Assembly (NCBI GenBank): GCA_014191035.1
Contig: BJGX01000002.1
Span: 18,813-82,812, forward strand
DNA: 64,000 nt
Reading direction: 5' to 3'
DNA from: Candidatus Saccharimonadota bacterium
GTDB taxonomy: Bacteria > Patescibacteriota > Saccharimonadia > CAILAD01 > BJGX01
Shown here: positions 56,474 to 64,000 of the stretch, piece after piece
How the letters are laid out: the number at the start of each line of letters is the position of its first letter
Position numbering within the stretch: the stretch's first letter is position 1
Notes under the pieces: generated by a model
The model's input: the letters and a program-made list of their open reading frames with translations, nothing else
Databases searched by the model: none
Told to the model about the DNA's origin: nothing
Program-made: the position numbers and the translations under genes

Positions 56474-57718
56474 TTATTGGTACTGAACTTTATATATAAG
56501 GTTTTGCTTATCATCACTTATATACATGTTGCCTGCAGGGTCAAAGCCAACACCAACCGGACGTCCCCAGGCGCCACTGCCATCTAGCCAGCCAGTAATA
56601 AAATTATATTCTTTCATTGGGTTAGATTTGGTATCTACCCAAATCACTTTATAGCCAGTCGGAACGGTTCGGTTCCAGGATCCGTGCATCGCACCAAAAA
56701 ATCCGTTTTCAAATACATTTGGCCAGGTCTGTTTGGCAGCCTCGTTTTCAAATGTAATCCCAAGAGGGGCGTAGTGAGCCTGAAGGCCAAGTACAGGGCC
56801 AGCAGTTTGGGCTTTACAATATTCAGCCTTATCTTTGTATTCAGGGTTATTTATTTTATCGCCATAACAGTAAGGCCAGCCATAATTTTTACCTTGCTCA
56901 ATAATATTTACTTCCTCTGGTGGGATATCATCGCCAATTTGGTCTCGCCCCATGTCTAAGCCCCAAAGTTTGCCTTCGTTAAATGTAAAGCCCACGGTGT
57001 TACGAAGCCCGCTAGCATAAATTTCTCCGCCAGTTCCATCGAGATTATAGCGCATTATTGTTGCTCTGCGATTGTCATTTTCAATACAGACATTACATGA
57101 TGATCCGATAGATACATACATTTTATTATCGGGCCCAATTACGACTGTACGGGTAGTGTGGCCGCCGCCCGTGAGCTTACTTCCGCCAGGCAAATTATCA
57201 ACCAAAACTTCTTTTTTAGAATATGTTCCATTGCTTTTAATGCCGCGATACACACTGACTCTTGTCTGTTCGGCTAGGTATAAATCGCCATTATAATAAT
57301 AAACCGAGTGTGGTGTGTTAAGTTTGCTCTCTATTACAACCGGCGTGCCGGCTGTGCCATTATTGTCTGGAATAGCGTATATACTATCGCCGGTGTTACT
57401 ACCAACAAACATCGTGCCATCGGGTGCAAATGTAAAGAATCTCGCGCCCTTAATGTTTGTGGCATAAATACTTATTTTAAAGCCCGCTGGGGCATATAAT
57501 GTTTTACCACCGACACTTTGGGCAACCAAATTAAATGGCGCTTCAAGTTGGTTTTGATTGTTCTCATTAACTTGCTGTTGGCTCAATTTGCCACTCAAAA
57601 ATGCCGTATTATTAATTACCCAATAAATCACATATCCAATTGCAGATAGCAAAATTATTGCTATAACTAACAGCGCAACATTTCTTTTATTGTGATTTTT
57701 GCTTTTGGATTTAGCCAT
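56474..57718 (-). CDS. Soluble quinoprotein glucose/sorbosone dehydrogenase-like beta-propeller protein with N-terminal TM anchor.
   Basis: Family-typical N-terminal blades (LYAPAGFKISIYA...FTFAPDGTMFVG). Start at the ATG at 57718 is uncertain; the ORF track uses 57754. Confidence 0.65.
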   Translation of the reverse strand: MAKSKSKNHNKRNVALLVIAIILLSAIGYVIYWVINNTAFLSGKLSQQQVNENNQNQLEAPFNLVAQSVGGKTLYAPAGFKISIYATNIKGARFFTFAPDGTMFVGSNTGDSIYAIPDNNGTAGTPVVIESKLNTPHSVYYYNGDLYLAEQTRVSVYRGIKSNGTYSKKEVLVDNLPGGSKLTGGGHTTRTVVIGPDNKMYVSIGSSCNVCIENDNRRATIMRYNLDGTGGEIYASGLRNTVGFTFNEGKLWGLDMGRDQIGDDIPPEEVNIIEQGKNYGWPYCYGDKINNPEYKDKAEYCKAQTAGPVLGLQAHYAPLGITFENEAAKQTWPNVFENGFFGAMHGSWNRTVPTGYKVIWVDTKSNPMKEYNFITGWLDGSGAWGRPVGVGFDPAGNMYISDDKQNLIYKVQYQ

Positions 57719-57775
57719 AAGTTTATTATAACATCTCAAATAAAGCCCAAGCATGAAAAATCATGTAAAGAAAAA

Positions 57776-57801
57776 GCCACACTACGTCGTTGTAGTGTGG
57801 C
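57776..57801 (-). terminator. Perfect 10-bp hairpin GCCACACTAC-gtcgtt-GTAGTGTGGC, with a T-run on the minus strand.
   Basis: Preceded on the + strand by GAAAAA. Terminates the minus-strand gene ending at 57822. Confidence 0.6.
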
Positions 57802-57821
57802 CAGGGCCGAAGCAAATCGGC

Positions 57822-58121
57822 TCAGTTCTGGTAAGAATGAGACTGAGAGAGGACGTCGCAGGAGTCCTGCAGTCTCTCAATCTGATACTTCATGTCTCTG
57901 TACAGGTAGACAACGCCACTGATGCAGCCAATCAGCATGGACACCAATGGGGCAGTATCCCAGAAGCTGACTTTTGTGTTGTCGGAGACCAGTTCGAGTG
58001 CGATTAGCACCATGAAGACGAACGAGATCATCCCCAGGGCCAGTACAGTCGAGAAGGCGTAGACAGCGAAAGACCGAGAAATGACGGACTTCCTGTCCCA
58101 GCCGAAGTACTTGTAGAGCAT
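57822..58121 (-). CDS. GC-rich small membrane protein (2-3 TM).
   Basis: GGAGG SD 6 nt upstream of the ATG at 58119-58121. About 52% GC versus the AT-rich surroundings. Confidence 0.5.
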   Translation of the reverse strand: MLYKYFGWDRKSVISRSFAVYAFSTVLALGMISFVFMVLIALELVSDNTKVSFWDTAPLVSMLIGCISGVVYLYRDMKYQIERLQDSCDVLSQSHSYQN

Positions 58122-58225
58122 GTGGCACCTCCAGTACCAGCGCAACCAACCTGGTTACGGATTGAAATTATACTACATATGGTTACTTTTGTCAATGCTA
58201 AATATGTTTTTGTTATAATATAATC

Positions 58226-58852
58226 ATGAAAATTATCGTCTTTGGTGCTAGTGGCAAAACCGGTCTAGAAGTATGCAAGCTGGCCTCAAAAAAGGGCTAC
58301 GATGTAATTGGGTTTGATATTCATAAAAACGACCAGCTAGTGGGGCTTAATAATTTTAAATTCATCAAGGGCAGTGTATTAAATGCCGATGAGGTCGATC
58401 AGGCAATGAGCGGGGTAGATGCAGTCGTCTCCGAGCTTGGGGTTAAAATCGGCAGCAAATTACCGCTACTTTCTGAGGGTAACAAAAACATAATCTCGGC
58501 AATGCACAAGCATAAAATAAAGCGGCTCATAACCCAATCAGCCTTTGGTGCGCTCGAATCTTATAAAAAGCTACCATTTTATTACAAAATAATTCACAAA
58601 CTCTTGCTTGGGCCAATGTCCAAAGACAAAAACATCATGGAGCGCGAGGTGCAAAAATCTGATATCAACTTCACAATTATCCGCCCAGTTAGACTCACCA
58701 ATGGTCCAGCCAAAGGCAAGTTCAGAACAGGGGATACCAATCTCAAACTCGGCCTTAACCCTAGAGTCTCCAGAAAAGACGTTGCCATATTTATTATGGA
58801 TGAGCTAGAAAATAACAATTTTATTAAAAAAGCCGTTACAATTACTTATTAA
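58226..58852 (+). CDS. NAD(P)H-binding NmrA/atypical-SDR-like protein.
   Basis: Rossmann motif IIVFGASGKTG. Short 208-aa form lacking the SDR YxxxK in its usual position. Confidence 0.7.
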   Translation: MKIIVFGASGKTGLEVCKLASKKGYDVIGFDIHKNDQLVGLNNFKFIKGSVLNADEVDQAMSGVDAVVSELGVKIGSKLPLLSEGNKNIISAMHKHKIKRLITQSAFGALESYKKLPFYYKIIHKLLLGPMSKDKNIMEREVQKSDINFTIIRPVRLTNGPAKGKFRTGDTNLKLGLNPRVSRKDVAIFIMDELENNNFIKKAVTITY

Positions 58853-58853
58853 T

Positions 58854-59183
58854 ATGGAGGATTACCAAAAAGGCAGCATAGTATTCGACCGTGCGGTAGA
58901 TATTGTCCGCAAGTGGGATGAAGTTAATAAAAGTCATGTCAGCCCTATAGGCTTAATGTTTGTTATGCGTATTGGCTATGCAATGGCACAAAACATTATG
59001 GATCAGCTTCGCGAAAACCACATTGTGCGTATGGAATTTATTAAGCATGACGATGGCGAGGAAGGAATCAAATACCATATTATTACCAAGGCTGAGTTAG
59101 CCAAAAAGTTCCCGGACGAGGAGTGGTACGAGCCAAAACACGAAAGTGGGTTTGATTATGATTTGGCAAAGGAGTCTTTATGA
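58854..59183 (+). CDS. FtsK-gamma-like winged-helix DNA-binding protein.
   Basis: Colinear with the E. coli FtsK gamma domain as recalled: FDRAVDIV...SHVS...L.F.MRIGYAMAQNI.DQL.ENHIV versus LFDQAVQFV...[30 protein letters not shown]. Translationally coupled to neighbours on both sides. Confidence 0.55.
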   Translation: MEDYQKGSIVFDRAVDIVRKWDEVNKSHVSPIGLMFVMRIGYAMAQNIMDQLRENHIVRMEFIKHDDGEEGIKYHIITKAELAKKFPDEEWYEPKHESGFDYDLAKESL

Positions 59184-59821
59184 AATCAGTAAATATAAAT
59201 TTAGGCAAAATAAAAAATGCTCAAAAAGATCTAAATATCGGAATTGGCGACCTATCTTACTGTTTAGTCATTGGCGGCTGGGCATCAGGCAAATCTTTTT
59301 GGCTGGACAACATTTATAATCAACTTAAAGAACAAATGAGCCCAGAAGAATTGGGCTTTGTGTTACTAAATGTGTCGGGTGGCGCTGAAGAAATAAACAA
59401 TGAGTATATTATCGAAGAACACATTAGCAACGAATGCTTAGGCCCGCTTGCCGAGTACGCCGAGCTTGCTAGGCAGCGTTCGAATGGCGACGAAGCTAAA
59501 GACAGGCACATCATCGTTCATATCGAGGGAAATGATCTGGCTTTAACAAATGAACGAAGCAAATATTTTAATTCGATTACACTACTTGCAAGCAATGCAA
59601 AGAATGCAAATATGTCATTAATAATCGTCGACAACCGAGCAAACGAACAGCAAACACCACCCGAAATTACCAAATTATGCAGGCTAATTGCATTATTTAG
59701 TAGCAACAATTATTTACCAAATGCCAAGTATATAGGGGCAGCTAAATCAAAGTTGGATAAATTCGAAAAGCAAATTATTTTGAATAATGAGACTTATATT
59801 TTAGAAAGGCTCAAAACCTAG
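59180..59821 (+). CDS. Miniature P-loop ATPase, FtsK/SpoIIIE RecA-fold-like.
   Basis: Walker A LVIGGWASGKS. Walker B-like IIVHIEG. Distal LIIVDNRANEQ resembles the FtsK HLVLATQRP segment. Confidence 0.5.
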   Translation: MKSVNINLGKIKNAQKDLNIGIGDLSYCLVIGGWASGKSFWLDNIYNQLKEQMSPEELGFVLLNVSGGAEEINNEYIIEEHISNECLGPLAEYAELARQRSNGDEAKDRHIIVHIEGNDLALTNERSKYFNSITLLASNAKNANMSLIIVDNRANEQQTPPEITKLCRLIALFSSNNYLPNAKYIGAAKSKLDKFEKQIILNNETYILERLKT

Positions 59822-59871
59822 CGCCAACAGATATAAAATGCTATGATTATTTTTAAATTAATGAGGTTATA

Positions 59872-62800
59872 ATGTCAGCCACAAACAGCCCTGAAGAAAA
59901 AAACATGGAGAGAAGAATAAAAACTACAAAAGTAGTCTACCCACAACTTTATTCTTATGTCTTGCCAGACTTAACAGCAAATGAAGGTTCTCAAAAAATA
60001 GGCTACACCGAACGTAAAGATGTAGATGAGCGAATTCGCGAACAGACGCAAACGGCAGCAATGAAGTTGCGTTACGACAAACTCTGGAGTGCGCCTTCTT
60101 TTTTTACGAATTCAAATACAGATTTTACAGATAAGATTTTCCATCAGTTTCTGGTTAGAAATGGTGTAGAAAAAAGAGATGATCTGGGAACGGAATGGTT
60201 TTATTTCAACGGCACACCGGAAAAATCAAAACAACTTTTTGATTCATTCAGAAACGAAGGTTATGCCGCTCTCCAAAATAATAATGGTAAAAAACCTTAC
60301 ACCTTAAGAGAAGAACAAGAAGCAGCGGTAAGTCAGGCTATAGAGTATTTTAACAACTATACAAATGGAGAATTCCTGTGGAATGCCAAGCCTAGATTTG
60401 GCAAGACGCTTGCGACTTATGACCTTGCCAAAAGACTAGGGGCTCAAAAGGTGCTTATAGTTACCAATAGGCCAGCAATTGCCAACTCGTGGTTTGATGA
60501 CTTTGAAAATTACATCGAGGATTTTTATTTTATATCCGAAACATCATCACTAGCAGAGAGGGGCACCTTAACCAGAGCGCAGTATGTTGATTCGGACGTT
60601 GAAAAACCACAAATAACTTTCTTGTCACTTCAAGACCTAAAAGGCTCCAGGTTTTTTGGAGGAAAGCATGATAAGTTGAAATGGATTGCTGACCTCGAAT
60701 GGGACTTGCTTGTAATTGATGAGGCGCATGAAGGGGTCGATACTGGTCGCACAGATGCAGCATTCGATGTCGTGAAGCGCAGCCATACTTTGCATCTTTC
60801 AGGTACACCATTCAAGGCACTAGCAAATAATAAATTTCCAAAGGAAGCCATATTTAACTGGACATATTTGGATGAGCAAAAAATAAAGAAATTAGAAATA
60901 TCAGAAAATGAAACTGGTGACCATACTGACCTCCCAGATTTAAAACTTTTCACTTACAGAATATCGCAAATGATAGCTGAACAAGTTAATGAAGGAATAG
61001 AACTAGAAAACGAGTCACGAGATTACGCCTTTGATTTAAATGAATTTTTTGCGACTGAGAACCAAAAATTTGTTCGAGAACAAGACGTTAGACAATTCCT
61101 GAAAAACCTCAGTGCGAATAAAAAATATCCATTTTCTACACCCGAACTTCGAGACGAACTACGCCATACGTTTTGGTACGTAGGCAATCGTGTAGATTCA
61201 GTTAAGGCCCTTGAAAAGTTACTAGCTGATGATGATGTTTTCAAAGATTATAAGGTTGTAGTGGCAGCCGGTGACGGCAAATCATTTGATGAGGAGGAAA
61301 CTGACTTCGGAGCCAATGAAAAGTCATTTGACAAAGTCAAAAAAGCCATTAAAAATCACCCAAAAACAATTACATTATCATGTGGCCAACTAACCACTGG
61401 TGTGACCATAAAAGAATGGAGCGCAGTATTAATGCTTACAGACATTAAATCGACTCCAGTCTATATGCAGGCGGCATTTAGGGCTCAAAATCCTTACAAG
61501 TACTATGAAGACGGCATGCTCAAAGTTAAAGAGTCAGCCTATCTTTTTGATTTCGCACCAATACGTGTATTGGAGATGTATGATGAATTTGCAAATGGAT
61601 TAAACCCTGATGCTACCAATGGCCTGATCACAGAGGAGGACCGCAAAGGTAACATCCGAGAACTGTTAAATTATTTCCCAGTTATATCTGAAGACACTGA
61701 AGGACAAATGGTCGAGCTAGATGCCGAAAAAGTATTGACCTTCCCGAATGCTCTCGCCGCTACCGAAATTGTCCAAGCACGCTTCATGACCAATTTGCTA
61801 TTCAATGACAACATTAAAGGGGTCTTTCATTTTCCTAAAGAAGTCGAAGATATACTCGATAAAATGCCTGTTGAAAAGAACAAGCGTGTTGAAGTGTCCA
61901 AGCAATCACTTGACCTAGAAGATGCACGAAAGGTTGAGCAAGATAAACAAGCTAAAATTAGCGAGAATACTGGCGTCATATTGGGCGAAAAGATTTATCG
62001 AGCCAATATTGATAGAGTTGTAGACAATGTTTTAGATCAAGCAACGCCTGAAGAAACCATAGACATGCTGCCTGAAAAGGTAGAAGCCCTGGTAGAGGCG
62101 CCTATAGCCAAACTAAAAGAACAATATAAGCTAACTGCCACCGAAACAGATGAATTACGCAAAGAAACAGCCGAAAAGATCAAGATTGTTGTATCAGAAT
62201 TTGAAAATAGTGATGATAAAGATCCAGATACTTTAAAACAAAGCCTTGCTAATGTTATTGAACACGATTTGGTGCAGGCAAAAGTGGAGCAACAAGAAAC
62301 CAAAGCCGTAGAAACAGTACAAAAATCTAAAGAAGAAGAGGTGCGCGAACACCTGCGTGCCTTTACTCGCACAATTCCAATGTTCGTAATGGCAAATTCT
62401 TCACGTGATACGATTACTATAGACAACTTTGACGAGCAAATAAGCGATGAAGATTTTATCGACTTAACAAATATTACCAAGGAAGAATTCCATAAGCTCC
62501 GTGACGGTTTTGATTATTCTGATGATAACGGTGAGCGCCAGCACTTTGATGGTGTGTTTCACAAGTACAAGTTCAACGCATCTATAGCAGAATTTGTGTC
62601 TGAAAAACAAAAACGAGCTAACTATTTCGAAACAGATGATGATATTTTTGAATTAATTCCTAATCAAAAGAATAATCAAATATTTACACCCCGCAAAGTT
62701 GTGAAGATGATGATTGATGGGCTCGAGAAAGAACAGCCGGAGCTATTTAAGCGAACCGACAGTACATTTATTGACTTATATATGAAATCAGGCATGTATG

Positions 62801-64000
62801 TAACAGAAATAGTTAAAAAGCTGTTTGCTGGCACTCGGCATAATTACAGCACCGACAAAGAATGCCTCAAGCATATACTAGAGAACCAAGTGTATGGCTT
62901 GGCGCCTACTGGTGTGCTGCATGGCATCACTAAAAGTTATATACTAGGATTTGATGTAGATCATAATATAAGTAGTAGAAACTTTGTGCAACACGACTTA
63001 CTGCCAGAGGCCAAAGCCGGCACTGCAGCACAAAAAATCGCAGATTTATTTAACAATGGAGATATTAATATGAAATTTGATGCAGTTGTAGGTAATCCGC
63101 CTTACCAGGTGGCGCTATCACAAAATAAAATGTCACGTAGCATTTATCCGGACTTTGTGCGAGCCGCGAAAAAAATTTCGGAGACTTTTTCGTTTGTGAT
63201 GCCTGCTCGCTGGATGAGTGGCGAGAATGGGCCTTATCGAGAAACACAAGGATTTGTAGACGAAATGCTAGATGGCAGTCATTTAAAATCATTTACATTA
63301 TTCCCAGATTCTAGTGAGCTATTCAAGGGCGTTGACATAAAAGGAGGTGTTTGTTATTTCGTATGGGACAAAAATTATAGCAAGGATTTAGTGGATTATA
63401 CACTGAGCGAACGAGGTAAAGACGTAACCGCAATTGTTCCATTCAAAATTAGTGACAATATCATCGTGCGTTTTCCGCAACTTACAAATATAGTTCAAAA
63501 AATTTCAAGGAATGCACCTAGTGATTCCATGAAGACACTGGTATCTTCATGGAATCCGTTCGGATTCATTTCAGATTTGTTCGTAAAAAATAATGAGGGC
63601 GTTCGTAGGATTAGCGAAAAGAAAATGGATACTGATGACTATAAGGTTATTGGCCTTTTAAAAGGAAGGCGTGTATACCGCTATATACCGAATGATGAAC
63701 TTAAGAAGAATAGAATTGGCGCTAAGTCATGGAAAGTATTTGTTCCAAGAGCAAATGGTAGTGGAGTATTTGGGGAGGTTTTTAGTACACCGATGCTCGG
63801 TGTACCGATGCTCGTATGCACTGATACTTTTTTACAAGTAGGTGAGTTCGACAATGAATATGAGGCAAATAGCGTATTGACGTATGTAAAAACAAAGTTC
63901 TTCAGGGCAATGGTAGGGGTGAAAAAAACAGCAGTATTTAACTATAAAGATGCTTTTACTTTCGTACCTCAACAGAATTGGACGAATAAATCCGACATAG
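59872..64000 (+). CDS. Single-polypeptide restriction-modification-like enzyme (Type ISP-like): PD-(D/E)xK nuclease, SF2 DEAH ATPase, gamma-class N6-adenine MTase (NPPY). The 3' end lies beyond the window.
   Basis: Frame is open from the ATG at 59872 to the window end. N-terminal VLPD-x14-ERK. Helicase motifs I (KPRFGKT), II (VIDEAHEG), III (LSGTPF), V (GQLTTGV) and VI (QAAFRAQN). MTase motif I-like DLYMKSGMYV and motif IV VVGNPPYQ. Confidence 0.75.
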   Translation, partial: MSATNSPEEKNMERRIKTTKVVYPQLYSYVLPDLTANEGSQKIGYTERKDVDERIREQTQTAAMKLRYDKLWSAPSFFTNSNTDFTDKIFHQFLVRNGVEKRDDLGTEWFYFNGTPEKSKQLFDSFRNEGYAALQNNNGKKPYTLREEQEAAVSQAIEYFNNYTNGEFLWNAKPRFGKTLATYDLAKRLGAQKVLIVTNRPAIANSWFDDFENYIEDFYFISETSSLAERGTLTRAQYVDSDVEKPQITFLSLQDLKGSRFFGGKHDKLKWIADLEWDLLVIDEAHEGVDTGRTDAAFDVVKRSHTLHLSGTPFKALANNKFPKEAIFNWTYLDEQKIKKLEISENETGDHTDLPDLKLFTYRISQMIAEQVNEGIELENESRDYAFDLNEFFATENQKFVREQDVRQFLKNLSANKKYPFSTPELRDELRHTFWYVGNRVDSVKALEKLLADDDVFKDYKVVVAAGDGKSFDEEETDFGANEKSFDKVKKAIKNHPKTITLSCGQLTTGVTIKEWSAVLMLTDIKSTPVYMQAAFRAQNPYKYYEDGMLKVKESAYLFDFAPIRVLEMYDEFANGLNPDATNGLITEEDRKGNIRELLNYFPVISEDTEGQMVELDAEKVLTFPNALAATEIVQARFMTNLLFNDNIKGVFHFPKEVEDILDKMPVEKNKRVEVSKQSLDLEDARKVEQDKQAKISENTGVILGEKIYRANIDRVVDNVLDQATPEETIDMLPEKVEALVEAPIAKLKEQYKLTATETDELRKETAEKIKIVVSEFENSDDKDPDTLKQSLANVIEHDLVQAKVEQQETKAVETVQKSKEEEVREHLRAFTRTIPMFVMANSSRDTITIDNFDEQISDEDFIDLTNITKEEFHKLRDGFDYSDDNGERQHFDGVFHKYKFNASIAEFVSEKQKRANYFETDDDIFELIPNQKNNQIFTPRKVVKMMIDGLEKEQPELFKRTDSTFIDLYMKSGMYVTEIVKKLFAGTRHNYSTDKECLKHILENQVYGLAPTGVLHGITKSYILGFDVDHNISSRNFVQHDLLPEAKAGTAAQKIADLFNNGDINMKFDAVVGNPPYQVALSQNKMSRSIYPDFVRAAKKISETFSFVMPARWMSGENGPYRETQGFVDEMLDGSHLKSFTLFPDSSELFKGVDIKGGVCYFVWDKNYSKDLVDYTLSERGKDVTAIVPFKISDNIIVRFPQLTNIVQKISRNAPSDSMKTLVSSWNPFGFISDLFVKNNEGVRRISEKKMDTDDYKVIGLLKGRRVYRYIPNDELKKNRIGAKSWKVFVPRANGSGVFGEVFSTPMLGVPMLVCTDTFLQVGEFDNEYEANSVLTYVKTKFFRAMVGVKKTAVFNYKDAFTFVPQQNWTNKSDI

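Overview
This 64 kb window is AT-rich (roughly 35-40% GC by eye) and gene-dense, with short intergenic regions, strong AGGAGG-type ribosome-binding sites and frequent 4-11 nt gene overlaps. Most of it is housekeeping: a secA 3' end, prfB, ftsEX, pyrG, rpmA, xseAB, murA, mreB, gltX, nrdAB, tgt, idi and one tRNA-Leu(CAA). A monoderm-type envelope toolkit is present: an LPXTG surface protein, a sortase (TLxTC), a PcsB-like CHAP hydrolase next to ftsEX, and a WecB/TagA-family glycosyltransferase. Gene content and compactness suggest a small-genome, monoderm-like bacterium, plausibly from the Patescibacteria/CPR, for example Saccharibacteria. That lineage call is inference only. Three accessory regions stand out. 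(i) 43.1-45.4 kb carries a clear heliorhodopsin, with the conserved TM3 Glu and TM7 Lys, flanked by a TspO/MBR protein, a minimal K+ channel and an uncharacterised 7-TM protein 5 nt downstream. No retinal-biosynthesis genes are visible; only idi is present. (ii) 46.8-48.9 kb carries a NOX/ferric-reductase-type flavocytochrome in an operon with a cytochrome b5-domain protein. (iii) 58.8 kb to the window end carries an FtsK-gamma-like winged-helix protein, a miniature P-loop ATPase and a single-polypeptide nuclease-helicase-N6A-methyltransferase (Type ISP-like) that runs off the window. Three short GC-rich blocks (about 2.2-4.1 kb, 34.6-35.2 kb and 57.8-58.15 kb; about 52-58% GC versus about 37% background) encode secreted or membrane proteins and look horizontally acquired. 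No CRISPR array, rRNA, transposase or integrase was seen. All calls come from reading the sequence and remembered family motifs; no database search was run.
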